Part shown: positions 9,075-21,049 of the stretch, one piece after another
How the letters are laid out: each line of letters begins with the position of its first letter
Position numbering within the stretch: the first letter of the stretch is position 1
Assembly (NCBI GenBank): GCA_963783575.1
Contig: CAWAOD010000004.1
Span: forward strand, 33,881-97,880
Direction: 5' to 3'
DNA: 64,000 nt
DNA from: an uncultured Spirochaetota bacterium
GTDB taxonomy: Bacteria > Spirochaetota > Brevinematia > Brevinematales > JAOACQ01
The notes under the pieces: generated by a model
What the model was told of the DNA's origin: nothing
The model's database searches: none
Seen by the model: only the letters and a program-made list of their open reading frames with translations
Position numbers and translations under genes: made by a program

Positions 9075-10262
9075 ATGATTGAATTTGCAAACAGGGTAAA
9101 AAAACTTGAAGCATCCGCAACTCTTACTATAGCTGCGAAAGCGAAAGAAATGATAAAAAATGGAATTGACGTCATTTCACTTGCCGCGGGAGAACCTGAT
9201 TGGGATCCGCCCTATGAAGCCAAGGAAGCTTCCATGACTGCCGTTAGAGACGGCAACGGACATTATACCGAAAATTCGGGAATGCCGGAACTCAAAAAAC
9301 TGGTTGCCCAAAAACTTTCTACTGAAAATAACCTGGAGCTCAATGAAAAGAATATTATTATTACCGATGGGGCGAAGTTCGGCATATATTTGACTCTGCA
9401 GGCTCTTATCAATGAAGGAGATGAGGTCATTGTCATATCGCCCTACTGGGTTAGCTATGTTGAGCAGATCAAACTTGCGGGCGGTATTCCAAGAATTATC
9501 AACGCTACTGAAGATGAAGGATTTAAAATTGATACGGAAGACCTTGAAAGGCATATTACATCAAGGGTCAGGGGAATAATTTTGAACTATCCCTCCAATC
9601 CGACCGGGGTATTGTATTCTGAGGAAGAACTCAGATTTATCGGCGAGTTAGCCGTAAAGAAAGATATTTTTATAATAAGCGATGAAATTTATGAATATTT
9701 TAACTACACGGGAAAGCATGTCTCTATTGCTTCATTATCTCCAAAGATTTTTAACAATATTATTACAATAAACGGGTTTTCAAAAGCATATTCGATTCCC
9801 GGCTGGAGGGTCGGCTATGCTGCCGCCAGGGAAGATTTAATAAAAAAACTCGATGAAATTCAGAGTCATTCAACATCAAACCCTAACAATATTGCGCAGC
9901 TTGCTTGCATTGCTTGTTTGAAGGAATCAGGGAATTACACCGCCAAGATGGTCTCTGAATTTAAAGAAAGAAGGGATTACATTGTCAATGCCCTGAACTC
10001 GATTCATGGATTCAGATGCCAGAATCCAGACGGGGCATTTTATGTTTTTCCCAATATTCAATACTACCTGGCAAAAGAAGTCGGGGGCCAGGTTCCGACA
10101 AACTCAATAGAATTTTCAAGGATTCTACTGGAGAAGGCTCATATTTCCGTGGTTCCCGGAAGCGCTTTCGGCCTTGAAGGTTATATCAGGCTTTCGTTTA
10201 CCCAACCCGTGAGCAGGCTGCAGGAAGCCGTCAAAAGAATATTATCGATTCTTGATAAATAA
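9075..10262 (+). CDS. PLP-dependent aspartate/aromatic aminotransferase (class I)
   Basis: 395 aa with the NGFSKAYSIPGWRVGY PLP-lysine motif, plus NYPSNPTG and LAAGEPD motifs. Confidence 0.9.
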   Translation: MIEFANRVKKLEASATLTIAAKAKEMIKNGIDVISLAAGEPDWDPPYEAKEASMTAVRDGNGHYTENSGMPELKKLVAQKLSTENNLELNEKNIIITDGAKFGIYLTLQALINEGDEVIVISPYWVSYVEQIKLAGGIPRIINATEDEGFKIDTEDLERHITSRVRGIILNYPSNPTGVLYSEEELRFIGELAVKKDIFIISDEIYEYFNYTGKHVSIASLSPKIFNNIITINGFSKAYSIPGWRVGYAAAREDLIKKLDEIQSHSTSNPNNIAQLACIACLKESGNYTAKMVSEFKERRDYIVNALNSIHGFRCQNPDGAFYVFPNIQYYLAKEVGGQVPTNSIEFSRILLEKAHISVVPGSAFGLEGYIRLSFTQPVSRLQEAVKRILSILDK

Positions 10263-10285
10263 TCTTTAAGAGAGGTTAATAATTT

Positions 10286-10795
10286 ATGACTAAAGAAGTC
10301 TGCGGTTTTGAAATCGGTTTTTTAAAACAGATAAAAGATCTTTTGATAGCCACAAAGATTGAGGAATTGGAGATAGAAGAAGGTCAGAACCGCTATATAA
10401 GGGTTTCCAGAAAAAAATCTAGGGATAGCAATGCGCAGCAGCCCTACCTTCAGTCTGCTCAGGCGGCAATACCTTTAATGAATCCTCCTTCCAACCAGCC
10501 TGTTCAAATAATCACCCCGGCAAAGCAGGTAAATCCTTATGATGATGAAAAAAAGTTTTTCAGAATCAAATCACCTGTTATCGGGACTTTTTACGGCACT
10601 CCCTCACCGGAATCGCCGCCATATGTGAAAGTCGGAGATGTTGTATCTGAAGATACCACAGTCTGCATTGTCGAGGCAATGAAAGTTATGAATGAGATAA
10701 AAGCTGACATTAAAGGCAGGATTGTTGAGATTCTCAAATCAAACGGAAACCCTGTCCAGACAAAAGATCCCCTGTTTATCGTAGAAATAATTTAG
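10286..10795 (+). CDS. accB: Acetyl-CoA carboxylase biotin carboxyl carrier protein
   Basis: 169 aa with a Pro/Gln-rich linker and the biotinyl-lysine motif [12 protein letters not shown] near the C-terminus. Confidence 0.85.
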   Translation: MTKEVCGFEIGFLKQIKDLLIATKIEELEIEEGQNRYIRVSRKKSRDSNAQQPYLQSAQAAIPLMNPPSNQPVQIITPAKQVNPYDDEKKFFRIKSPVIGTFYGTPSPESPPYVKVGDVVSEDTTVCIVEAMKVMNEIKADIKGRIVEILKSNGNPVQTKDPLFIVEII

Positions 10796-11065
10796 AAAAT
10801 CCATTGAATGCAATGCTTGATATTTCCGGAATTGCAAATCTAATCAGTGTCTTGATTTCTAAATTAACTTATTGTAAAAATACTAAAAATCAATTTATTA
10901 ATTATTGATTTTTTTGTATTTTTACCTGAGGTTAATTATAATTTCTCCTACCGTGACCGAAAAACAATTATTTCTCCAGCCGATAATTCTATTAATCAAT
11001 TTTCTATGATGAGTAATTAATTAAATTCTTGATTTGTAAGATTTCTATTTACAAAAGGAGATTTT

Positions 11066-14000
11066 ATGAAAAATGAAAAAAAAAGAATACCCTTTGAATT
11101 AGCTTTAATCATCAATATCATATTAATTATACCGGTAATTTTATCTATTTTTAGAAGGGAAAGGTCCATTCAGGAAACGCTATGGCAAATCATTATCCTG
11201 CTGTTAGCCGGCGCTGCTTGGACTATTCTTGCGATGATATTCAGCAAGCTGATCACTATAAAATGGGGAAATTTCCTGAAAGGATGGGTTTTATTTCAAA
11301 TTTTCACCATTATTTGCGAATATATTTTATTGGGTAATTATATCATTGCCGTATTTATTGTATTTTCAATTCTAACCGTTGCCGGAATAATAATATTTAT
11401 ATTATTTGATAAACTCTGGGATCTGTCTTTCGATTTTACCTTTATTAAATTTGCTTATACAAGCCTGGTAAAAATAAGCGGCTTTTTCCGGAGAAAAAAA
11501 GATATAAAACTTTTAAAAATCCCATATTTTCTTATGATCATCATTTCCCTGGCGCTGATCATTTCCGACCTTGTTTTTCATTACATGCATGACAGGGTTA
11601 TTTTGCAAACATTCTTTCTGTTATTATTGTTGATTGTTGCCGGTGCGGCATGCACACTGGCCGCTATGACAGCCAGCCGCCTAATCACAAACAGGTGGGG
11701 CAACTTGTTAAAAGGATGGCCGGTATTTCAAATCCTTACCGGCATTTATTTTTATCTTGTTTTAATTAACGATAATTTTCTGAGAACAATATTTTTTATT
11801 ATTCTGTTCATCCTCGGCCTTTTTCTTTTTATCCAGTACGGCAGTCTATGGAGATACGGTTTTGATAAAACCATACTGGAAACAATAAAACAAGAGACTT
11901 TCCAACCAGTATTTACAGCCGAGAAAAATGCCGGTATTAAGTCCATTAATATTTTTGATACAATCATAAATGGAATCGGGAATATTTTAAGGCTGAAACA
12001 ATGGAAAATCATCCTGCCGGGACTTGCCGTTATAATTATTCTGGCGGGCGGAGCATGGATGTTTTTTAAAATATTCACTGTTAACGTAATTAGCTATACA
12101 CCGAAGAATACGGTACCTTTAAAAACAGAGATCAGGATCAATTTATCGGAAGAAGTATTCGTGTCCGGCAAAGCGGCTGAGGAATTAATTAAGGAAAATT
12201 TAACGGAATATTCTAATGTTGGAATTATCTCAAATATTATTTTTATTAAACCTGAAACCGGGATTATCAGGACTGAACCGGATGTCAAAGGTTCCTGTCG
12301 GCTTGAAGACAGCCGGACACTTATTTTTACGCCTGAAGAAGAACTCAACCCGTCTTCAAAATATACCGTCTTTTTTAATCCTCAATGGCTATTTAAAAAA
12401 GGTAAGGTGATACTTGGCAAAAGTTATTCTTTTAATACTCCAAAATTTGAAATAACCGGTATCCGTATGTTTTTTAATTATGATTCCATAAATAATCTGG
12501 AAAAGGAAATAGTCGGGGAAATCAATTTTAATGCACCAGTAAACATAGAAGAACTAAGAAAAAATACCACTCTGGATATTAATGAGAAGCCCTTCAAATT
12601 TAATATTGAGTCGGCTAATATCCCGACCCGCTTCTATATTAAATCCGATAAACTGGAAAGACAGAAAACAGCGGTGAATATCCACTTGTCAATTAATAAA
12701 AATCTTCAGTGCATTCATGGCGGTCAGCCCCTTGGTAAAAAAATTGAGCAAACGATCACCCTCGCAGAAAAAGAGAAATTAAAAGTCATAGATGCCAAAA
12801 CATGGCCTGTATCCGGAAATACTTATATTGCTCTACTATTTAATCAGCCGGTATCTGCCGAACAAATAAAAAAACATGTTTCTATACATCCTGAAACGAA
12901 TGAAAGCGTACCCTATTCGGTAGAAACCGAATACTGTTATGCAGTATTTAAGGCAGAATTTTTGCCTAACAAAAAATATAAGATAAATGTGGAGAAAGAA
13001 ATACTTTCAGCCGGTGGGGCGGAAATGAAAGAGGATTTTAACTACAATGTTTTTATAAAAGACATATACCCTGATGTCGGATTCAGTTCGGAAGGAAATA
13101 TCTTGGCGGTTAACGGTAATATGGATCTTGAATTCAGCACAATCAACCTGGACCGGTTTCGTGTCAGGGTTGATAAAATATACCGGAACAATCTGGTTTA
13201 TTATCTTCATAAAACTCATGGCTTTGAATTTGTCAAACCATTAATGCTAAAGACATTTGAGGTTGAAGGCGGAACTCTGAATGAAAGGGCGCAGCATTAT
13301 ATTAATTTAAAAAAATTCCATAATATTGAGTATAAAGGGCTTTATAAAATCACTTTATCCGATCCGAAATCCGGGGAAGTATATTATGATGAGGATGAAA
13401 ATAACGTTAATAGATATACTAAATCAAAAACAATATTATGCACGGATCTTGGAATTATTGCCAAACAATCCGGGAAAGATCTATATGTTCAAATATATTC
13501 TATTTTACAGCTCGAACCCGTTGCTGATGTGACAGTCAATCTGGTCAGCTCCGACAACCAGGTTATCAGATCAAAAAAAACAGACAATACAGGGAAAATT
13601 GTTTTTGAGAACTGGCAGGAAGAAGGCAATGAAAAATTTCATCCGTTTATCTTATTAGCTGAAAAAGGGGAAGATTTATCATACCTTCAGTTTTCAAGGT
13701 CGATGAAAGATCAGTCCAGGTTTGATACCGGCGGAAAAATGCTTTCAAGGAATGAAATGCAGGCATATTTGACACCGGATAGGGGTGTTTACAGGCCCGG
13801 TGAAAAGGCAAACATCACGGCAATAGTAAGGAACGGCAATTTATCCCTGCCGGCTTCCGTTGATGTAAATCTTGAAGTCAATGATCCGACAGGCCTGAAA
13901 TTTACTTCTTACCGGAAAACAATACCGGGTAATGGATTGATTTCTTTTGATATTAATTTTCCTTCTTATGCAAAAACAGGTGAATATGAGGCAGTTTTAA

Positions 14001-17000
14001 AAATTGGGGACAGTATTACTCTGGGACAGACATCTCTTAAGGTCGAGGAATTTATCCCGGATAAAATAACAACTGACATTAAAGCGCAGGAAAAACATAC
14101 TAACGCGAATTTGCCTCTGGTATTCCAGGTTAAAGGAATCCAGCTTTTCGGACCACCAGCCTCCGGAAACAGGGTCAGAACACAAGTAAAATTTATTCCG
14201 CGTGAATTTTCCCATCCTTCATTTGAAGGTTATAACTTTACCGATATCGATAGAAAATATGAGCAGGAAATCTTTGATCTGGGAGAAGACAAACTGGATG
14301 ATCAGGGGACAAAAGAATACAGCCTGGATATTCCCAAGTCAATACTGCCTCCGTCAGCTCTCTATGCGCAGATTTATGCAGAAGTATATGATGAAGGCGG
14401 CAGGCCTGTTAATACTATGAAGACCGTATCCATAGACCCTTACCCGGTTTATTTTGGAATTAAAGCAAATAAGCAGGATATATATTATGTGAATGAACCG
14501 ATAGATTTATCTCTTGTAGCAATTGATTCTCAGGGTATATTTCAGAAAAAGGAAGGAGTAAATTTCTTTGTCAAGCACAGGGTTTATTACTCGATTCTGA
14601 GGAAATATGGACAAAAATTCAGTTATGACAGCCAGCCTTATGAAGAGCCCTTCATACAGACAAATTTAAACATAAATAAGGAAACCAACTACCGGTTCAT
14701 ACCAAAAGCGCCTGGGTATTATTATGTCTATTTCGGTGACAATGAAGCTATGCGCTCATCTATTGCAGTTTATGTGCAGGGCCCGGGTATGGAAACCGTC
14801 GATCAAACGATACCGGAAAATCTAAGTATATCAATGAATAAAGAAAAGTATGACGCGGGCGATACCGCTTCGGCAACAATCCGGTCCACGATCCCCGGAA
14901 AGCTGTTCTTTTATGTCGAGCGTGAAAAGGTATTATATTCCAGAACAGTGGATTTGGTTGATAATAAGGCAACCATTACTTTCCCTATCCAGGCAGACTA
15001 TATACCAAATGCATATATAAGCGCCTATGTTATCCGCAAACCGGATGAAAAATTAAAAGAGTTGCCGATGAGCGCTTTAGGTATAAAAACCCTTACTGTG
15101 AATCCCGGAAATAAAAACATGCCCCTGGAGATTGAATCTCAGGATCAAACCCGGTCCGACAAGGGACTGGACATAAAGTTAAAACTTCAAACTGCTTCCT
15201 CAGGATGCGGTGTGGTTGTCGCGGCTGTTGATGAAGGGATTCTGCAAATTACACAGTTTAAAACCCCGGATCCTTTCAATTTCTTTTATACTAAAAGAGT
15301 CTCTGGAAACACATTTATACTCCATATTTGATTCAATTCTTCCGGATATAAAAGCTGTAAAAGAAGCAATCGGAGGCGATGAGGGGGATTATGACCTGTC
15401 CAGGAGGCATATAAATCCTGAAGCCGCTAAGCGTGTCAAATCCGTAGCTTTATATTCCGGCATTTTAAAACCTGATAAAAATGGAATAGTTAGCTATCAT
15501 TTTGATATTCCTCAATTTAACGGGAAACTCCGTTTAATGGCCATCTCGACAGATGGGGACAGGTTCGGATCGGCATCAAAATATGTCATAGTTTCAGATC
15601 CGATAATATTGAGTTATTCATTACCCAGAATTATGGCGCCGAATGATTCCATAGAGCTTCCGGTTAAAGTCTTCAACCAGGTAGGGGTGAAAGCAAAAAT
15701 TAGCGTAAAACTCAGCCTGGAAGGTCCTGTTAGGATTAAGGGAAATCGGGTTCAGGAGGTTCTTTTACCGCAAAAAGGTCAGCAGGAATTGATTTATTAT
15801 ATTACAGCCTTGAGCAATATAGGAAAAGCCGTGTTCCGGTTTGATGCCGAAGGCGGTAATGAAACCGCCAGCAGTAGTGCTGAATTGGCGGTAAGGCCGG
15901 CCAGAACTATTGAGACACTTTATAAATATGGAGAAATTGCGCCCTACCAGGAGAAAAAATTTTCAATTCCCGAAGGATACCTGCCAACCGGGCAAAAACT
16001 GAGATTATCCGCTTCTCCGCGGGAAATAGTCCGTTTTCTCGGCGCAATGGAATATCTCATTCATTATCCTTATGGATGTTCCGAACAGACTGCGTCATCG
16101 GCATTCCCACTTTTATATTTCCAGGATCTGGCCGATATGACCGGTTACTTTAATAAGCAATCTGTGACTACAGGATATTATATTCAGGAAGCGATAAAAA
16201 AACTGGAGGATATGGCTCTGCCTAACGGTGAGTTTTCAATATGGCCGGGCGGTAATGATTATTTTCATTATAATTCTCTTTATGTTTCCCACTTTCTTCT
16301 GGAAGCCTCCCGAATGGGTTTTGAAGTAAATCCGGGAGTTATATCGGCTTGTAAAAAATTGATCGGTTTGAATGCTCCGGAAAATAGAGCCAGATTGGAT
16401 AGACGCAATATGAATGAAACCGAATCAATAGGAAATGATCCTTATATACTTTATCTTCGCGCTTTAATAGGAGAACCGGATCGGGAGAGTATGGATTATC
16501 TCAGGTTAAACAAACTCAATGAATTGAACTATGTTGACAGATGCCGCCTTGCTTCCTCTTATGCTCTTTCCGGCGACAAAAATAATGCTCTTTCTGTTCT
16601 GCCGTCCTCTTATCTTCTTAAATATTTTCCCCGATCTACAGGCGGGGATTATGATTCCATCGTCAAACGGTTATCTATTTATCTTATGGCAATATGCGAT
16701 ATAAACCCGGATGATCCCAGGAAAATGGAACTAGCCATCGAAATCGAGAAAAATGTGAATAACGGTTATTTCGGTACAACTCATGATAATGTACTTGCTC
16801 TTATAGCGCTTTCAAGAGCTCTTGAAAAGAGCAACAGCCGGGACATCAATGCCGGTTTATTTTTGAACAATACACCGCTAATTGATATAAATCCCGGGCA
16901 AAATGTTTTTGAAGCGACAAATTTATCGGGAAAAACATTAAGCCTGACAAACCGGTCCGGTAATTCATTATTTTACAATTTATATACTGAAGGAATACCG

Positions 17001-17459
17001 CGGGAAGTATTTGTTAAACCTCAAAATCAGGGCCTGGAAATTAAAAGGCAGTATCTTGATAAAACAGGAAAACCGCTTAATTTGACCGGGGTAGTACAGG
17101 GCGAACTTGCGGTCGTTACTATAACTGTTAAAACTATTAAGCCTCTGGATAATCTGGTAATAGTGGACCTGCTGCCGGCCGGTTTTGAAATAGAAAATCC
17201 CCGTCTGAATTCACGCGGGCAGCTGAATTGGACCCCTCCATATAATTGGAAGGGCGCTTATGAGGACATCCGGGATGACAGATTGCTCCTCTTTACCGGC
17301 GCTTTAAACGGCGAATATTCTTATTCTTATACCGTCAGGGCCGTTACTCCCGGTGAATATATTATTCCACAGGTATACGCGGAGGCAATGTATGATCCTG
17401 AAGTATTTGCCGTTGGAGAAAAACAAGGAAAACTGAATGTTGTCAGGAATAGCCGGTAA
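11066..17459 (+). pseudogene. Alpha-2-macroglobulin-family protein (YfhM-like) with an unusual polytopic N-terminus; one frameshift near 15290-15300
   Basis: ORFs 11066-15331 and 15210-17459 read through each other: ...FNFFYTKR / SLETHLYSIFDSILPD. The thioester motif YPYGCSEQ is at about 16071-16088. A pbpC neighbour follows, which is the classic A2M-PbpC pair. Confidence 0.85.
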
Positions 17460-19800
17460 AATAAAGAGATTTTCACATTATAATTTATTCAAATTGTTAT
17501 GTACAGTACTTTTGATTCCAGTCGGTTTATTTGTTATCTTTATATTTTTGAACATTTTATTCCCTCTTCAGAGGGATCGTCTGGAAAAAGATTTCTCAAT
17601 GGTTTTTACGGACCGTAACGGCAGTCTACTTAGGATTACACTCTCGGAAAGTGAGAAATACAGAATCAAGCTTCCGTTGAAGGATATTTCTCCTTATCTT
17701 GTAAAAGGAATCCTGGAATATGAAGACCGTTATTTTTATTTTCATCCCGGTGTAAATCCCATATCTTTTATGAGGGCGTTCTATCAGAATATTAGTAAGG
17801 GCAGGATTGTATCCGGCGCTTCCACTATTACCATGCAGATTGCCAGAATGCTCTTTAACCGTCCGAGAAACCCGGCATCCAAATTCATTGAAATCTTTAA
17901 TGCGTTTCAATTGGAATTTACATATTCAAAAAAGGAGTTGCTGGAAATATATCTCAATTTGATACCGATGGGAGGAAATATTGAAGGTGTTGGAGCCGCC
18001 TCTTATTTATACTTCGGAAAACCGGCGTATGATCTAAGTTTTTCGGAAGCCTGCATACTGATCGGTTTGCCTAAAAATCCTAATCAAAACCGTCCTGATA
18101 AAAATTATTATAAAATAATAAATTATATCGCGAGAGTGGCTTTGAAAATAGCCGGCCATAACGGCCTGCCGGAACAAATAAATACGGACTGGTTGTTAAA
18201 ATCATCATTCCATTATGTTAATCCCTTCCGTTGTCAGCATCTACTTGAAGCCAAAAAACACAAAAAATCTTCGTTTATCCACCGGATGACAATAGACATG
18301 AATATTCAAAATTTTTGTGAATCTTTACTTCAAAGATTTCATCAGGCTGATTTGAAAAAAGGAATCTATAATGGCGCGATTATCGTTCTGGATAATTATA
18401 CGCATGAAGTTTTAGCCTATGTCGGTTCTCCCGACTATTTTGACTTAACTCATGGCGGACAGGTGAACGGCGCTTGCATTTTACGATCTCCCGGCTCCGC
18501 TTTGAAGCCTTTTATTTATGCGCTGGCAATGGAAAAAGGCCTGGTTACCCCGCAGTCAATAGTTTATGATATCCCGAAAATATATGAAGACCGCTTTTCC
18601 CCGGTAAATTATGATAAAAAAGCCAACGGACTGCTTACTGTCGAAGATGCCCTGATCCATTCCCTTAATATTCCTGCAGTCAGGACTGAAATGGAATTGA
18701 AGAATAATGGGCTTGGTAATTTTTTAAAACAATTGTTCCCCGAAAGACGGGACTTTGTCGACCAGGCCGGATTAACCCTTGCTATCGGAGGCTTTCCAAT
18801 CCGGCTGGAAGAAATCACCATGCTTTATTCAACTCTTGCCAATGGAGGTGAGCTCTACCCTCTCATTTATGAATTGGATGAAAAAACGAATTTAAGCAGT
18901 ATGGGCAGAAATATTCTTGATCCGAGGGCTTGCTATATAATTTCAGAGATTCTTTCTTCTTATCACAGGCCGGATATGCCTTATTCCTGGGACTTCGCCC
19001 CGCATCTGGCGAAAGTGGCATTAAAAACAGGCACTTCTTTTGGCCTCCGGGACGCCTGGTGCATCGGTTATAATAAGAAATACACAATCGGTATCTGGAT
19101 GGGCAATGTAAATGCACAGGGTTCGTCTTATCTTATAGGGGCAGAAATCGCTGCACCGGTTATGATAGGTGTTTTTGATTTCCTTACACGCAATTCCGAT
19201 GCCTGGTTTGAAAAACCTGAAGGCGTCGGGATTCGTAAAGTATGCGCTGTAAGCGGTGAAAAGGCTTCACCTGATTGCAAATATGTAAAGGATGATTATT
19301 ATATTAAAGGAATATCTTCCGAAAAATTATGTTCCATTCATAAGAGGATCTGGATCAGGAAAAAAGACGGGCTGGAAGTCTGTCCTTACTGCATGAATTC
19401 AAATTCTGACCAATACTCCAGTAAAGTCATGGAAGTTTGGCCCATAGAAGCCGTATCATTTCTCCGCTCAACAGGCAGAAAAATCGAGAGGATTCCTCCT
19501 CATAACCCGGACTGTCCGCACATTTCGGCTCAGAACAAACCGCATATTATAAGTATCAGCGAGGGGACCGTTTTTATTATTGACGCTTCCGCTTCCTGTG
19601 AAAATCAGTTAATACCTCTCAAAGTCCAGACGGCTCAGGATGCTGATAAGGTTTTCTGGTTTGCCGGAGGGAAATTCCTGACAAATACCGGACCGGATGA
19701 GACGGTGTTCTATAAACCCGATATCGGAAATATCAAACTATCTGTAATGGATTCCAGGGGAAGAAGCGATAGTGTAACGATTCTTGTAAAGAAGAAATGA
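17437..19800 (+). CDS. pbpC: Penicillin-binding protein 1C (bifunctional transglycosylase/transpeptidase)
   Basis: Transglycosylase motifs EYEDRYFYFHPG and GASTITMQ are present. Transpeptidase motifs are SPGSALKP (SxxK) and KTGTS. A C-terminal PbpC-type domain follows. The gene overlaps the end of the A2M gene. Confidence 0.9.
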   Translation: MLSGIAGKIKRFSHYNLFKLLCTVLLIPVGLFVIFIFLNILFPLQRDRLEKDFSMVFTDRNGSLLRITLSESEKYRIKLPLKDISPYLVKGILEYEDRYFYFHPGVNPISFMRAFYQNISKGRIVSGASTITMQIARMLFNRPRNPASKFIEIFNAFQLEFTYSKKELLEIYLNLIPMGGNIEGVGAASYLYFGKPAYDLSFSEACILIGLPKNPNQNRPDKNYYKIINYIARVALKIAGHNGLPEQINTDWLLKSSFHYVNPFRCQHLLEAKKHKKSSFIHRMTIDMNIQNFCESLLQRFHQADLKKGIYNGAIIVLDNYTHEVLAYVGSPDYFDLTHGGQVNGACILRSPGSALKPFIYALAMEKGLVTPQSIVYDIPKIYEDRFSPVNYDKKANGLLTVEDALIHSLNIPAVRTEMELKNNGLGNFLKQLFPERRDFVDQAGLTLAIGGFPIRLEEITMLYSTLANGGELYPLIYELDEKTNLSSMGRNILDPRACYIISEILSSYHRPDMPYSWDFAPHLAKVALKTGTSFGLRDAWCIGYNKKYTIGIWMGNVNAQGSSYLIGAEIAAPVMIGVFDFLTRNSDAWFEKPEGVGIRKVCAVSGEKASPDCKYVKDDYYIKGISSEKLCSIHKRIWIRKKDGLEVCPYCMNSNSDQYSSKVMEVWPIEAVSFLRSTGRKIERIPPHNPDCPHISAQNKPHIISISEGTVFIIDASASCENQLIPLKVQTAQDADKVFWFAGGKFLTNTGPDETVFYKPDIGNIKLSVMDSRGRSDSVTILVKKK

Positions 19801-19801
19801 T

Positions 19802-20875
19802 ATGAAACAGTTTTTTATTCTTACTTTAATCATTATTAGCGGCTGTAGCGGTGATCTTACAATACATTTAAAAATATTCGATAAGCGGCCTTTTATTAAA
19901 ATTACCGCCCCGCATGGTATTAATATTATAAACGGTATTCATTTTTATCAGGTTAAGGAAATAAACCTTGAGATACAAAATATATTTGAAAGTTATTTTA
20001 TTACATCAAAAAATATCTCTGAACCTCTTTCAGTTTTATCTGATATTCCTGTTAAAAAATATTACGGATCTTTAACGGTTTCAAAAAGAAACGGCTTATT
20101 TTATCTTTTAAATAGGGTTTCGGAAAAACATTATCTGGCTTCAGTCGTGGGCAGTGAATTGAATAGTGATTTTCCACCGGAAGCCTGCAAAGCTCAGGCT
20201 GTTGCATCCAGAACATTATTGTATTATTTAAATCAGAATAATATCGAATTGAATGATCTATCCAGCGTATATCAGGCATACCGCGGAGCTGAATTCGAGA
20301 ATCCGGATATAATTTATGCGGTTGAAGCGGTAAAGGGGAAACTCCTTCATTATAAGAGGAAACTATTTTTCCCCTATTTTCATTCCACATGCGGAGGTTA
20401 TCTTCTTCCCCCGGATCAAAAACGAGGGATTTCCGCGGGGATTTACCCGGGTTTGACGGAAATAAAAAGAGATGAATTTAATGGCGGGATCAATTGTATC
20501 AATTCACCATATTTTCATTGGGAAACAACCTTAATGTTAAAGGATATTGAAAAATCCACCAGGATTATGCCGGTATATTCCATTTCATTGAAAAAAACAG
20601 CAGATGGATGGGTTAAGGATGTTGAAATAACAAGTAAGAGCAATATCATTCAAACTGCTTATCAATTTATAAATGGAACCCGCCAGAAGACTTCCATGGG
20701 TATTCTCAGTTTTTATTTTAAAGTCCATCAAACAGGCAGCACCTTTTATTTTGAAGGGTACGGTTTCGGGCATCATTCCGGAATGTGCCAGTGGGGAGCC
20801 CGTGGATTAGCAAAGAAAGGTATGGATTATACTGAAATCTTGAAATTCTACTATCCGGGCACGGAAATTTATTAA
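19802..20875 (+). CDS. SpoIID/LytB-domain protein (lipoprotein)
   Basis: Lipobox IISGCSG. SpoIID-family motifs are CKAQAVASRT, FHSTCGG and GHHSGMCQWGA. It starts 1 nt after the pbpC stop. Confidence 0.85.
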   Translation: MKQFFILTLIIISGCSGDLTIHLKIFDKRPFIKITAPHGINIINGIHFYQVKEINLEIQNIFESYFITSKNISEPLSVLSDIPVKKYYGSLTVSKRNGLFYLLNRVSEKHYLASVVGSELNSDFPPEACKAQAVASRTLLYYLNQNNIELNDLSSVYQAYRGAEFENPDIIYAVEAVKGKLLHYKRKLFFPYFHSTCGGYLLPPDQKRGISAGIYPGLTEIKRDEFNGGINCINSPYFHWETTLMLKDIEKSTRIMPVYSISLKKTADGWVKDVEITSKSNIIQTAYQFINGTRQKTSMGILSFYFKVHQTGSTFYFEGYGFGHHSGMCQWGARGLAKKGMDYTEILKFYYPGTEIY

Positions 20876-21000
20876 ATAAAGATCCTCGAGGCAGAGCTCG
20901 GGATAAACTCAACATAGCTATCGCAATTTTGTTGCGTAAGGAATCAAAACCTGGTCCTGGCGGCAGACAGGCTGAACTAAAGGGCACGCTTGTTAAATAG

Positions 21001-21034
21001 AAAAACCCCGCTTTAAAAAGCGGGGTTTTATTTT
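21001..21034. terminator. Bidirectional rho-independent terminator between the convergent spoIID-like gene and ppdK
   Basis: The stem AAAACCCCGC / GCGGGGTTTT has an 8-nt loop. An A-run lies upstream and a T-run downstream. Confidence 0.8.
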
Positions 21035-21049
21035 AAAAAGTTTTAACTT

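Noticed and set aside
15210-15331. Programmed ribosomal frameshift joining the two alpha-2-macroglobulin ORFs
   Set aside because: The overlap contains no slippery heptamer of the A-AAA-AAG / X-XXY-YYZ type and no obvious downstream stimulatory structure. Six other unrelated genes in the window show the same kind of break. An indel, real or artefactual, is therefore the simpler explanation.
20905-20917. 13-mer GGGATAAACTCAA shared between about 20905 and about 57825, considered as a possible third repeat family
   Set aside because: The similarity does not extend beyond the 13-mer. Tens of chance 13-mer matches are expected in a 64-kb window searched on both strands.
20876-21000. Possible small RNA (SRP-like GGTCCTGGCGGCAGACAGG) or the 89-aa ORF 20718-20987
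   Set aside because: There is no SRP domain IV consensus (GGAAG...AGCA), no tRNA-like ends, and the ORF has no RBS or recognisable motif. The region is treated as a 3' UTR ahead of the bidirectional terminator.
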